Assembly (NCBI GenBank): GCA_001871165.1
Contig: MNUT01000017.1
Coordinates: 1-53,442 of the forward strand
Reading direction: 5' to 3'
From: Candidatus Falkowbacteria bacterium CG1_02_37_21
GTDB lineage: Bacteria; Patescibacteriota; Patescibacteriia; Patescibacteriales; UBA12465
Length of the DNA stretch: 53,442 bases
A program made the position numbers and the translations under genes. A model generated the notes under the pieces. That model ran no database searches and had not been told where the DNA came from. It saw nothing but the letters and a program-made list of their open reading frames with translations. Below are positions 1 to 9,707 of the stretch, piece after piece; position 1 is the stretch's first letter, and each line of letters begins with the position of its first letter.

Positions 1-1
1 T

Positions 2-136
2 TGGCAGTTTACCGTGCCTTTTTATGCCATTGCTATCGGTTTTGGAGTTTCAGCAGTTATTGGTATTGGCTTTGGTGTTTTGCCAGCGCAAAATGCTGCT
101 AAGATGGATCCGATTGAAGCTCTTGGGCATGAATAA
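2..136 (+). CDS. ABC transporter permease (MacB/FtsX family), C-terminal fragment
   Basis: Hand translation of frame 2: [44 protein letters not shown], the typical P-A-x-x-A-A-x-x-D-P-I-E-A-L-x-x-E terminus. Truncated by the window edge. Confidence 0.85.
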   Translation, partial: WQFTVPFYAIAIGFGVSAVIGIGFGVLPAQNAAKMDPIEALGHE

Positions 137-166
137 TGTAAAGTGAGTGGTAAACAGTCTTATAAT

Positions 167-203
167 AAAAAAGCCGGTTACAAATAAATGCAACCGGTTT
201 TTG
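167..203. terminator. Bidirectional intrinsic terminator between convergent genes
   Basis: AAAAAA-GCCGGTT-N12-AACCGGT-TTTT. Confidence 0.7.
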
Positions 204-204
204 T

Positions 205-1758
205 TTATAAAGTGATGTCTTGACCTAATTTAGGAATAATTATTTGTTTAAGCCAAGAACCTTTTGGTAGGGCATCAATAAGATCCATTTTTAAATTAGT
301 AGCCCCTTCTTCTTCGCCGTGAATGATGAATATTTTTTTATTGGCTTGAGGTTGGATATTAACAACCTCTTTAGTATAATTTACTAAATGTGGTCCATCG
401 GCGTGAGCAGAGAAGCTGTCAAAGCTAACTATTTTAGCTTTAACTAGTATTTCTTCACCATTCATGCAAACGATAGGAAGACCATCTTTTAATTTCCGCC
501 CCAGACTATTTTTGGCCATATAGCCGACTAGAGCTACCACAGTTTTGTTATTGCCAAGTCCAGCTCGTAGATGCGTCCGAACTCTCCCCGCATCACACAT
601 GCCGGAAGCGGCTATTACGATATAAGGTCCAGGTGTCTCCGATAGAGTTACTGAAGATTTATCGTCAGTAATAGTTTTTAGGTAGGAATCACTGCCTGTC
701 TGAAAGGGGTTGAAAATTAATTTATCTTGCCCCTCAAACATTCCCGAATTCCAATTAGCAGCAAAAACTTGAGTGATTTCAATTGCCATTGGAGAATCTA
801 GAAAAATAGGAATTGGGGGAATTTTTTTTGTTTGCATGTAGTAACTAAGCAAATATATGATTTCTTGAGCTCTTTCTAGAGCAAAAGAAGGCATAATCAT
901 TTTTTTACCGGAATTGTAAATTTCTTTGATTAAATTAAGAAGTTTAGTTATTTCATTTTTATGTGCTGGGTGTTTTTTGCCGCCATAAGTAGATTCAATA
1001 AACCAATAATTCATTGGCTCAATAATCATTTTCGGTGGTGGTAAAATTACTCCATCATCTCGCCCTAAGTCACCGCTGAAGCCCAGATAGATATTCTGTG
1101 GTGATGACTTTATTCTGATAACGCAGATGGCACCACCTAGGATGTGCCCAGATGGGTATAATTTTAAACTGACATTTTTAGCTAATTTATGCCAAGATTC
1201 GTAAGGGAGTCCACCATTTTTTATTAAGAGACAAGTTTGTTCTACGTGAGTCATTTCATATAGTGGCTCTATTTTGTTGCTATTTTTTGAATATTTCTTT
1301 TTTTTCTTATCATAGCTACCCATGGTCATTTTATCACGACTAAAATCCTCCTTTTTAGCGTCATTTTGTTTTTGTTTTCTTGATTTTGCTCTTAAAATCA
1401 GCGTCTCTTTAGCTTGAATTTTAGCACTGTCCCGTAACATGACTGGTAGCAGATTTCTGGTGCCTTCGGTGCAGTAAATTTTTCCCTTAAAACCATGTTT
1501 AGTTAAAAAAGGGAGACGTCCAACATGATCAATGTGAGCGTGTGTTAAAATAACTCCGTCGATATGTTCCGGTCTAAGCCAATGCAAAATTTCAGCATTT
1601 CTCTCTAAGGCCTGTTTGTAGCATTGAATGAGCCCAGCATCAAGCAAGAGCCGAGTTGTCTGTTTGCCCTGTTCAATAGTTATTAGGATAGAGCTGCCGG
1701 TTAAGTTGTCGTCATAAGCGACGCCGCCCAAAAATTGAGCGTGGATTTTGGTGTTCAT
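205..1758 (-). CDS. MBL-fold beta-CASP ribonuclease (Ysh1/CPSF-like)
   Basis: THAHIDH motif, GHILG, SGDLG, ESTYG, PSFALERAQE, AASGMC, FSAHAD, IHGE. Confidence 0.9.
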   Translation of the reverse strand: MNTKIHAQFLGGVAYDDNLTGSSILITIEQGKQTTRLLLDAGLIQCYKQALERNAEILHWLRPEHIDGVILTHAHIDHVGRLPFLTKHGFKGKIYCTEGTRNLLPVMLRDSAKIQAKETLILRAKSRKQKQNDAKKEDFSRDKMTMGSYDKKKKKYSKNSNKIEPLYEMTHVEQTCLLIKNGGLPYESWHKLAKNVSLKLYPSGHILGGAICVIRIKSSPQNIYLGFSGDLGRDDGVILPPPKMIIEPMNYWFIESTYGGKKHPAHKNEITKLLNLIKEIYNSGKKMIMPSFALERAQEIIYLLSYYMQTKKIPPIPIFLDSPMAIEITQVFAANWNSGMFEGQDKLIFNPFQTGSDSYLKTITDDKSSVTLSETPGPYIVIAASGMCDAGRVRTHLRAGLGNNKTVVALVGYMAKNSLGRKLKDGLPIVCMNGEEILVKAKIVSFDSFSAHADGPHLVNYTKEVVNIQPQANKKIFIIHGEEEGATNLKMDLIDALPKGSWLKQIIIPKLGQDITL

Positions 1759-1941
1759 AGAACCCCCCGTGTTAGTTGATGGTTTAAAATTTTTAAAGTT
1801 CTTGTACTGATATTGGCATTATCTAATATAATCAAATTAAAAACAAGTTGATATCTTTTTCTTGAGATATATAGAGAAGGCTCTCTAAATGTGTTATAAT
1901 ACGAATATAATTTACGGAGTATTATTAATATAATTTTTATT

Positions 1942-2955
1942 ATGAAAAGTCTTATTTATTACGGACCGCATGATTTACGTTACGGTGATTCGCCCAAACC
2001 AAAGATCAGGTCCGGAGAGGTTTTACTAAGAATAAAGAGTGTTGGAATTTGTGGTACTGATTTGCATATCTATAACGGGGGTATGAAAAATTTGCCCTTA
2101 CCTTTAATTATGGGCCATGAATTTTCCGGAGTGATAGAGGAGCTTGCCCGTGATGTGAAAAATTTTAAAGTTGGTGATAGAGTGATAGCTGAACATGTTA
2201 TAAATTGCGGTAAGTGTAGTTATTGTTTATCGGGCAAACCTAATCTCTGTGCCAATTCTAGAATTATCGGCGTGCATCGCCCCGGTGCCTTAGCGGAATA
2301 TTTAGCCGTTCCAGCAGACTTGGTTTATAAAATCCCCGCTAAACTTAGTTTTGAAGAGGGGGCGATGATTGAACCATTGTCTATTGCCTATTATGCGGTT
2401 AAGCAGGCTCACGATCTTTTAGGCAGGAAAGTGGCTGTTATTGGACAGGGTCCTATTGGTTTACTGGTTGATCAGATTTTACATGATGCTGGCGCCGAAG
2501 TTATTGGGATTGATATTGCTGACTGGCGCTTGAAACTAGCTAAGAAAAAGAAATGGGCTGATCATACTATTAATAGTTCTCAGAAAACCTGGTTGAAAAA
2601 AATTCAGAAGATTGCTCCGGAGGGGGTGGATACAGTGTTTGAAGTAGTGGGTAGAGAAGAGACTGCAGAAATGGCTATAGAAATAGCTCGTCGCGATGGT
2701 GACGTCTTTATCCTTGGGGTATTTGAAAGTGCGGCCAGCTTGAATATGATGAATATTGTGAAGAAAGAATTAAATGTTTTTGGTTCTTGGACTTGTGCTT
2801 TTTCTTTTCCGCCGTCTATCGCCTTGGCAGTTGCTAAAAAAGTTGATTTAAAAAGTTTGATTACTAATCGCTATGATGTTAAAGATGGCGCCTTAGCTTT
2901 TAAGGAGTCGGCATCATACAAAGGGAAGAGAATTAAAACCGTAATTAATTTCTAA
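1942..2955 (+). CDS. Zn-dependent medium-chain dehydrogenase (threonine/sorbitol dehydrogenase-like)
   Basis: GICGTDLH, GHEFSG, structural Zn site CGKCSYC-x7-C, Rossmann GQGPIG. Confidence 0.9.
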   Translation: MKSLIYYGPHDLRYGDSPKPKIRSGEVLLRIKSVGICGTDLHIYNGGMKNLPLPLIMGHEFSGVIEELARDVKNFKVGDRVIAEHVINCGKCSYCLSGKPNLCANSRIIGVHRPGALAEYLAVPADLVYKIPAKLSFEEGAMIEPLSIAYYAVKQAHDLLGRKVAVIGQGPIGLLVDQILHDAGAEVIGIDIADWRLKLAKKKKWADHTINSSQKTWLKKIQKIAPEGVDTVFEVVGREETAEMAIEIARRDGDVFILGVFESAASLNMMNIVKKELNVFGSWTCAFSFPPSIALAVAKKVDLKSLITNRYDVKDGALAFKESASYKGKRIKTVINF

Positions 2956-2994
2956 TTGCTTTAACTCTTTCTGTCTTACAATAGATAATTAATT

Positions 2995-3549
2995 ATGACT
3001 CTCAATTCTAAAGAATTACGGAATTTAAGTGAATCGGACGCTGTAGTTGTTTCCAAGTCTTTAAAACGCTTTCCCGTTTATATAGTTTTAGAAGACGTTT
3101 TGGACACTTATAATATCGGTGGTTTTTTTCGTTTAGCCGACGCTATTGCCGCCGAAAAAATATATCTTTGCGGCGGTTGTGCCGTGCCTCCTAATCATAA
3201 AATAGTGAAAGCTTCAGTTGGTAATTATAAAATAGTTCCTTGGGAATATAAAGAGACAGCGGCTGAGGCTATTCGTGAATTAAAAAAAATTAAAGGCTTA
3301 TCATTAGTAGCCGTAGAACAGTCAAATAAATCAATTGATTATCGTAATTATAAATATCGTTTTCCTATAGCTTTTGTCTTTGGTCATGAGACCGATGGTG
3401 TTAAGGCTTCTACTTTAGCTCTTATGGATGTGGTAGTTGAGTTGCCAATGTATGGCGTAAATAAATCCTTAAATGTTATGGTGGCGGCCGGTATTGCCCT
3501 ATACCATGCCATAGAAGAATCAACGAAAAAGAGATTATTTGGTCGTTAA
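2995..3549 (+). CDS. SpoU/TrmH-family RNA 2'-O-methyltransferase
   Basis: YNIGGFFRLADA, FGHETDG, LPMYGVNKSLNV SPOUT motifs. Confidence 0.88.
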   Translation: MTLNSKELRNLSESDAVVVSKSLKRFPVYIVLEDVLDTYNIGGFFRLADAIAAEKIYLCGGCAVPPNHKIVKASVGNYKIVPWEYKETAAEAIRELKKIKGLSLVAVEQSNKSIDYRNYKYRFPIAFVFGHETDGVKASTLALMDVVVELPMYGVNKSLNVMVAAGIALYHAIEESTKKRLFGR

Positions 3550-3639
3550 TAGCTTATTTTAACTTTTTTGACTATTTGCAAAATATTTTATTATTTTTAA
3601 CGCCTTAACCTGGCATTTTTTTGCTAGTAATAGTTACTA

Positions 3640-3686
3640 TTGACTTTATCTTGATAATTAACTATAATATCTTTACTTATAGTTAA
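3640..3686 (+). promoter_or_regulatory. sigma70 promoter of the rrf2-suf operon with an overlapping inverted-repeat operator
   Basis: TTGACT (3640-45), 17 bp, TATAAT (3663-68); perfect inverted repeat TTAACTATAA-N9-TTATAGTTAA at 3658-3686. Confidence 0.7.
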
Positions 3687-3704
3687 GAATTTTAAAAGAA
3701 GTGT

Positions 3705-4103
3705 ATGTTTAAACTTAAGGTTAAAATTGATTACGGTTTAATGATTATGATTGAATTAGCCGGGCATCCCAATGAAATAGTCTCTTTATCCGGACTAGCT
3801 AAGAATATGCATATTTCTTCGGTTTATTTAATACAAATAGCACGTTCTTTGGTAAGGGCTGGTTTAATTAAAAGTAAAGAAGGGGCGGGTGGTGGTTATT
3901 TTCTCAGCAGACCAGCTGATAAGATTTCTATATTAGAGATTATTGAGGCTTTGGAGGGGCGAAGTTATATCCGTGGTGATGAGATTAGCGCCAAATTTCA
4001 TTGTTACCGGCAGAGTGCTTGGGGAGAAATTTTAAGTGATATCAAAAAAGTTTTAAAGAAAAAAAGTTTATCATCTATGTTAAAAATGACTAACAAGATA
4101 TAA
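3705..4103 (+). CDS. Rrf2-family transcriptional regulator
   Basis: DYGL...YLIQI...GLIKSKEGAGGGYFLSRPADKISILEIIEALEG; first gene of the suf operon. Confidence 0.9.
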   Translation: MFKLKVKIDYGLMIMIELAGHPNEIVSLSGLAKNMHISSVYLIQIARSLVRAGLIKSKEGAGGGYFLSRPADKISILEIIEALEGRSYIRGDEISAKFHCYRQSAWGEILSDIKKVLKKKSLSSMLKMTNKI

Positions 4104-4126
4104 ATAAGAATGAATATAAATATTTT

Positions 4127-4879
4127 ATGAATACTTTAGAAGTAAAACATCTGACCGTTAAGGTTGGAGATAAAAAAATTTTGGATGATGTTAGTTTAGT
4201 TATTAAGAAAGGGAAAACTTGTGTAGTCATGGGACCGAACGGTTCCGGTAAGTCAACTCTATCCAACGTCTTAATGGGGCATCCCTCTTATGAAGTTATT
4301 TCCGGAAAAATCATTTTTAACGGTAAAGATATTACCAAAAAAAAAGCGGAGGAAAGGGCGGCGCTCGGCATGTTTATGACTTTTCAGTCACCGCGCGAAA
4401 TTGTTGGAGTAGATTTTTATCCTTTTCTTTTTGATACCTATAAGTTTTTACAAACAGCCCGCAAAGAAAAAGCGCTGAGCGTTTTTGAATTTAAGAAAAA
4501 GATGGATAAAGAAATTGCTGCTTTAAAAATTACTGATGACTGGAGTCAGCGTTGTCTCAATCAAGGTTTTTCCGGGGGAGAAAAAAAGAAGGCGGAAATG
4601 TTACAGCTGGCTATTTTTAAGCCGTCTTTTGTTATTTTTGATGAAATTGATTCCGGTTTAGATGTAGATGCTTTGAAGGTGGTTGGTCGCGCTATGAAAA
4701 AATTTAAAAAATCGGATACGAGTGCTTTGATTGTTACTCATTATTTGCGTATTTTACAAGAAATTGAAGCGGATCAAGTAATAGTTATGTCGGCGGGAAA
4801 AATTATTCAGATCGGTGGTCCGGAATTAGCCCATCGCTTAGAAAAAGAAGGTTTTGAAAAAATTATCGCTCAGAAATAA
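4127..4879 (+). CDS. sufC: Fe-S cluster assembly ATPase SufC
   Basis: GPNGSGKST, GHPSY, FSGGEKK, DEIDSGLDVDA. Confidence 0.96.
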   Translation: MNTLEVKHLTVKVGDKKILDDVSLVIKKGKTCVVMGPNGSGKSTLSNVLMGHPSYEVISGKIIFNGKDITKKKAEERAALGMFMTFQSPREIVGVDFYPFLFDTYKFLQTARKEKALSVFEFKKKMDKEIAALKITDDWSQRCLNQGFSGGEKKKAEMLQLAIFKPSFVIFDEIDSGLDVDALKVVGRAMKKFKKSDTSALIVTHYLRILQEIEADQVIVMSAGKIIQIGGPELAHRLEKEGFEKIIAQK

Positions 4880-4889
4880 ATTTTTGTTT

Positions 4890-6311
4890 ATGGCCACGCC
4901 CTCATCCGCGTTAAATAAAAATAAAAAAATAAAAGCCCATAATTCCATGTGGGAAGATCATAATGCTGCTGCTTATATGGATAAGACGCGTTTAGGCGTG
5001 GACGAAGATTTGGTGCGCTTTATTTCCTCGGAAAAAAATGAGCCGGCCTGGATGCTGGAAAAACGTCTGGAGTCTTTAAAAATATATAAAGAGATGACTC
5101 TACCGACCTGGGGGCCGAATTTAGATAATTTAAATTTAGATCAGATTACTTATTACGCGAAAGCCACTGATCAACAATCGGAGACCTGGGATGATGTGCC
5201 GACGGATATTAAAAATACTTTTGAGCGTCTAGGGATTCCCCAGGCCGAACAAGAAGTTTTGGCTGGTGTCGGGGCACAATACGAATCAACTGTTATTTAC
5301 CATAATTTAAAAGAAAAGTTTAGGCGTCAAGGTGTTATTTTTACCGATATGGATGTTGCTTTGCGTGAGCATGAAGACTTAGTCAAGCAATATTTTATGA
5401 AGTGCGTGCCGCCGACTTTACACAAATTTGCCGCCCTGCACGGAGCAGTTTGGAGTGGTGGAACTTTTTTGTATATTCCTAAAGGAATAAAAATAGATTT
5501 GCCTCTGCAAGCGTATTTCCGAATGAATGCTAAAGGCATGGGACAGTTTGAACATACTCTGATTATTGTGGAGGAGGGAGCTCAGGCACATTATATTGAA
5601 GGTTGTAGCGCGCCACGTTATGGTATTGATTCCTTACATGCTGGTGGCGTGGAGATTTTTGTCGCCGAAGGAGCTCATTTTCGTTATAGTAGTGTTGAAA
5701 GTTGGAGTAAGGATGCTTATAATTTAAACACTAAACGCGCTTTAGTTCAGAAAGATGCTCATATGGAATGGGTGGGAGGAAACTTTGGTAGTAATGTTAC
5801 TATGCTCTATCCTTGTTCGGTCTTAATGGGTGCCAATTCTACCTCTGATCATTTGGGTGTCGCCTTCGCCAATAATGGTCAAATTCAAGATACCGGCGCT
5901 AAGGTTATTCACTTGGCTCCTAATACTAGTTCTAACATCGTTATGAAAAGTATTAGTAAGGGTGGCGGTCGTTCTATTTATCGCGGTTTAGTGGAAATTA
6001 GTGCGGACGCGGAAAATGCCGTTTCTAATGTTAAATGCGATGCCCTAATTTTAGACGATAAATCAGCTTCCGATACTATTCCTGTTATTAATGTTAAAAA
6101 CAATAGTGCCGTTTTAGCTCATGAAGCTAGTGTAGGAAAATTAAATGAGGATGATATTTTTTATCTGCGTAGTCGCGGTTTAGACGAAGCACAGGCCGGA
6201 GCGATGATTGTAAATGGTTTTATTGAACCGATCGTTAAAGAGTTGCCGCTTGAATATGCCGTGGAAATGAATCGGATGGTGGAGTTGGAAATGGAAGGTA
6301 GTGTTGGTTAA
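4890..6311 (+). CDS. sufB: Fe-S cluster assembly protein SufB
   Basis: LAGVGAQYES, FAALHGAVWSGG, GQFEHTLI, YIEGCSAP, ELPLEYAVEMNRMVELEMEGSVG. ATG at 4890 preferred over the overlapping start at 4854. Confidence 0.96.
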   Translation: MATPSSALNKNKKIKAHNSMWEDHNAAAYMDKTRLGVDEDLVRFISSEKNEPAWMLEKRLESLKIYKEMTLPTWGPNLDNLNLDQITYYAKATDQQSETWDDVPTDIKNTFERLGIPQAEQEVLAGVGAQYESTVIYHNLKEKFRRQGVIFTDMDVALREHEDLVKQYFMKCVPPTLHKFAALHGAVWSGGTFLYIPKGIKIDLPLQAYFRMNAKGMGQFEHTLIIVEEGAQAHYIEGCSAPRYGIDSLHAGGVEIFVAEGAHFRYSSVESWSKDAYNLNTKRALVQKDAHMEWVGGNFGSNVTMLYPCSVLMGANSTSDHLGVAFANNGQIQDTGAKVIHLAPNTSSNIVMKSISKGGGRSIYRGLVEISADAENAVSNVKCDALILDDKSASDTIPVINVKNNSAVLAHEASVGKLNEDDIFYLRSRGLDEAQAGAMIVNGFIEPIVKELPLEYAVEMNRMVELEMEGSVG

Positions 6312-6344
6312 AATTAATGTGTAGAGCAAGAGTAAATTAATGTT

Positions 6345-7103
6345 ATGGAAAAAAAAATTATTACCATTCGTGACAATATTTTTACTGTTCCAGACAATCA
6401 GGAAGTTTTTTTATTGGAACATATTAAGAGTGCTTCAGCGCGACCAACTCTTAATATTAAAATTGGAAAAAATGCTCGCGTACAGTATGTTTGTATCATT
6501 GAATCATATGGCGACGGAGATATTAAACAAAAACGGGTGATAGATATTGAAGATGGTGCTCAAGTGGAGGGATATCAGGCTTACTTCGGTCAGGGTAATT
6601 CTGAATTTCATATTGATAACAACTTGGGTAATAAGAGCGTTTTAAATAATCAGGTATTGTTTTATAAAAATAAGGAGCAACATTTTAAAGTGCAAGATAA
6701 TTATACTTTCCGAGAACGGGGAGCAAGTGGTAACTTTAGAGTTGTTGGTTTAGTGGATGATCAGGCTAATATTCAGTATTATTCAGAAATTATTATTAAA
6801 CCTCAAGCGCAATTGACCGACTCTAGGATTGATATGCAATTGCATCTTTTAAGTAGTCAGGCAAAAGGGAAGCTCATCCCCGGTCTAAAAATAGACGCTA
6901 ATGAAGTTAAGGCTGGTCATAGTGCTAGCACCTTTCATTTGTCACCGGAAGATTTATTTTATCTACGGAGCCGAGGTTTGAACGAGCAACAAATTAAATC
7001 TTTAATTATTGATTCTTTAGCCGGTAAATTCACTAAGGGGATATCTGATGAAGATGTGCGAGAAGTAATTTTATCTTTAATTAAAGAACGCATTATTTTA
7101 TAA
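6345..7103 (+). CDS. sufD: SufD-family protein (short)
   Basis: PGLKIDANEVKAGHSAS, LFYLRSRGL; lies between sufB and sufS. Confidence 0.85.
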   Translation: MEKKIITIRDNIFTVPDNQEVFLLEHIKSASARPTLNIKIGKNARVQYVCIIESYGDGDIKQKRVIDIEDGAQVEGYQAYFGQGNSEFHIDNNLGNKSVLNNQVLFYKNKEQHFKVQDNYTFRERGASGNFRVVGLVDDQANIQYYSEIIIKPQAQLTDSRIDMQLHLLSSQAKGKLIPGLKIDANEVKAGHSASTFHLSPEDLFYLRSRGLNEQQIKSLIIDSLAGKFTKGISDEDVREVILSLIKERIIL

Positions 7104-7115
7104 TAATTTAATTTT

Positions 7116-8321
7116 ATGTTTAAACGATCTGATTTTCCTATTTTAAAACAAAAAATTAAGGGTCGCACTCTTGTCTATTTTGATAATTCTGCTACCGCAC
7201 AGAAACCGTCGGTAGTTATTAAAATGGTGGAAGAATATTATCGTCAATATAATTCTAATGTGCATCGTAGTCTCAATCCTTTAGCGGAAGTAGTGACTAA
7301 GCGTTATGAAGAGGCACGCGATGAGGTCGCTGAATTTATAAATTCACAACGGGAGGAAATTATTTTTACTCGTGGTGCCACGGAAGGAATTAATTTAGTC
7401 GCGAGAACTTGGGGTGAAAATAATCTAAAGTCAGGTGATATTGTTGTTTTAAGTATTTTAGAACATCATGCTAATATCGTGCCCTGGTTGCAGCTTAAAG
7501 AAAAATTAGGGATAAAAATATCATATATTCCCTTACAAGAGGATGGATCTTTGAATATGACAGCGGCGAAAAAATTACTTAGTAAAAAAAGAGTAAAATT
7601 ATTAGCCATATCGCAAGCTTCTAATGTGTTAGGTATTTTAAATCCGCTCAAGAAATTAATTTCTTGGGCACGGCAGAAGAATATAGTTACTTTAGTCGAT
7701 GCCGCTCAGAGTATCGCTCATGTACCGGTTGATGTTCGTGATTTGAATTGTGATTTTTTAGTATTTTCCGGACATAAAATATGGGGTCCGACCGGAGTAG
7801 GTGTGCTTTACGGCCGTCGGAATATTTTAGAAAATATGCCACCATTTTTAGGGGGTGGTGATATGATTGGGGCGGTTTATCAGGATAGCTTTACCATTAA
7901 TGAGTTGCCGTATAAGTTCGAAGCCGGTACTCCGAATATCGCTGGCGTCATCGGGCTAGCATCGGCTATTCGTTATATTAAGAAAGCGGGCTGGAAAAAT
8001 ATTGTTGTTCAAGAAAAAAAATTAAGCGATTACTTTATGAAAAAAGTGGGCGGTCTTAAATTTGTAAAAATTTTAGGGACGGCTCCGGCTAAATTTCCTG
8101 TTTTCGCTATGGTTATCGATAATATACATCCTCATGATGCAGCCGATATTTTAGGAACCGAGGGAATTATTATGCGTGCTGGTAATCACTGCACTCAACC
8201 TCTTCATGATTATTTAAAAGTCTCGGCTACTTTACGTGCTAGTTTGAGTTTTTATAATACTACGGCGGAAATAGATTTTTTTGTAAAGAAACTGCAAGAA
8301 TTAAAAAAAGCTTTTAAATAA
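7116..8321 (+). CDS. sufS: Cysteine desulfurase SufS
   Basis: YFDNSATAQKP, EHHAN, FSGHK (PLP lysine), FEAGTP, RAGNHC. Confidence 0.96.
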   Translation: MFKRSDFPILKQKIKGRTLVYFDNSATAQKPSVVIKMVEEYYRQYNSNVHRSLNPLAEVVTKRYEEARDEVAEFINSQREEIIFTRGATEGINLVARTWGENNLKSGDIVVLSILEHHANIVPWLQLKEKLGIKISYIPLQEDGSLNMTAAKKLLSKKRVKLLAISQASNVLGILNPLKKLISWARQKNIVTLVDAAQSIAHVPVDVRDLNCDFLVFSGHKIWGPTGVGVLYGRRNILENMPPFLGGGDMIGAVYQDSFTINELPYKFEAGTPNIAGVIGLASAIRYIKKAGWKNIVVQEKKLSDYFMKKVGGLKFVKILGTAPAKFPVFAMVIDNIHPHDAADILGTEGIIMRAGNHCTQPLHDYLKVSATLRASLSFYNTTAEIDFFVKKLQELKKAFK

Positions 8322-8324
8322 TTT

Positions 8325-8699
8325 ATGGATATCTACGCCCAGAACATCATGGACCACTATAAAAATCCTCGCAATAAAGGCCATCTTAAAAACGCTGACC
8401 TTAGTCAGCAAGAAATTAATACAACTTGTGGTGATGATATTAGTGTGTCCTTAAAATTAAATGGAGATAAAATTAAGGCTATTAAATTTGATGGCCAGGG
8501 TTGCGCCATTTCTCAAGCCGCCATTTCTATTTTAACTGAAAGCTTAATAGGGAAGAGTATTAAATCTGTCCTTAAACTCGAATTTCAAGATATAGAAGAT
8601 ATTATGGGCATCCCGATTAGTGAACGACGCTATAAATGTGCGATGTTGGGAATATGGGCTATTCAGAAAGCCTTACGTACTATTTCTAAAAATATATAG
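8325..8699 (+). CDS. sufU: SufU/IscU-type Fe-S scaffold or sulfur-transfer protein
   Basis: DHYKNPRNKG, CGDD, GCAISQA, RYKCA. Confidence 0.88.
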   Translation: MDIYAQNIMDHYKNPRNKGHLKNADLSQQEINTTCGDDISVSLKLNGDKIKAIKFDGQGCAISQAAISILTESLIGKSIKSVLKLEFQDIEDIMGIPISERRYKCAMLGIWAIQKALRTISKNI

Positions 8700-8706
8700 C
8701 ACTAAT

Positions 8707-9624
8707 TTATTTATTAGAATTTTCCTGAATATATCTATAAGCGTTAAGAGCGGCGATAGTGCCTTGTCCGGAAGCGACGGTTAATTGTTTATATTCTATG
8801 GGAGTGATGTCTCCGGCCGCAAAAAAGCCTGGTTGATTAGTACGACAACCTTCATCGACTATAACTTGGTTTGCGATATCAAGTTTAACTAAATCTTTAA
8901 CTAAATCACTTTGGGCTTTATGCCCAATCTCCACAAAAATTCCGTCCACGGCTAAGTCTTGAGTTGTCCCGTCAGCATTATTTTTAATGCTAGCACTAGT
9001 GACTTTAGTGTCGCCCTCTATTTTAACAATTTCCGATTCCATGAGGAACTTTATGTTAGGACATTTTTTGGCGCTTTCTACCAAGCTTTCAAAAGCTTTA
9101 AATTCTGCTTTACGGTGAACTAAATATACTTCACTGGCAATTTTTGACATTACTTCAGCCGCATCAACAGCCGAATTACCACCGCCAACGACTATAATTT
9201 TTTTGCCTTTAAAGAATTGCCCGTCGCAGTTAGCGCAGTAAGAAACACCTTTACCGGAGAATTCTTTTTCTCCCGGAACTTCCAGATAACGGGGGATTAA
9301 ACCTAAAGCAAAAATTACGGTTTTAGTCTCATATTCTCCTTGATCAGAAATAATTTTAAAATTATTGTCCGCTAAAACTTCAATCTTTGTAACCGTTTCC
9401 AGTTTTAATTCATAGCCCGTATATTTGATTTGTTTTTCTAATTTTTGGTTAAGTTCTAGGCCGCTAATAATATCAAAACCGGGATAATTCTCAATTTCTC
9501 CAGCGAGACCAATTTGTCCGCCGATATCTTTAGTAATAAGTAAAGTCTTCATTTCGCGACGTTTGGCATATAAAGCGGCTGATAAACCGGCCATGCCACC
9601 GCCAATCACAATAGTGTCGTACAT
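8707..9624 (-). CDS. trxB: Thioredoxin reductase
   Basis: GGGMAG, ENYPG, GVSYCANCDG, GGGNSA, FAAGD. Confidence 0.9.
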   Translation of the reverse strand: MYDTIVIGGGMAGLSAALYAKRREMKTLLITKDIGGQIGLAGEIENYPGFDIISGLELNQKLEKQIKYTGYELKLETVTKIEVLADNNFKIISDQGEYETKTVIFALGLIPRYLEVPGEKEFSGKGVSYCANCDGQFFKGKKIIVVGGGNSAVDAAEVMSKIASEVYLVHRKAEFKAFESLVESAKKCPNIKFLMESEIVKIEGDTKVTSASIKNNADGTTQDLAVDGIFVEIGHKAQSDLVKDLVKLDIANQVIVDEGCRTNQPGFFAAGDITPIEYKQLTVASGQGTIAALNAYRYIQENSNK

Positions 9625-9707
9625 ATATTTACAAGTTTTTAGTTAATCTTGTCTTATAGAATAACTCTTTTTTACGTTTTAGACCAGACTTGAATTTGGT
9701 TTTTTTA

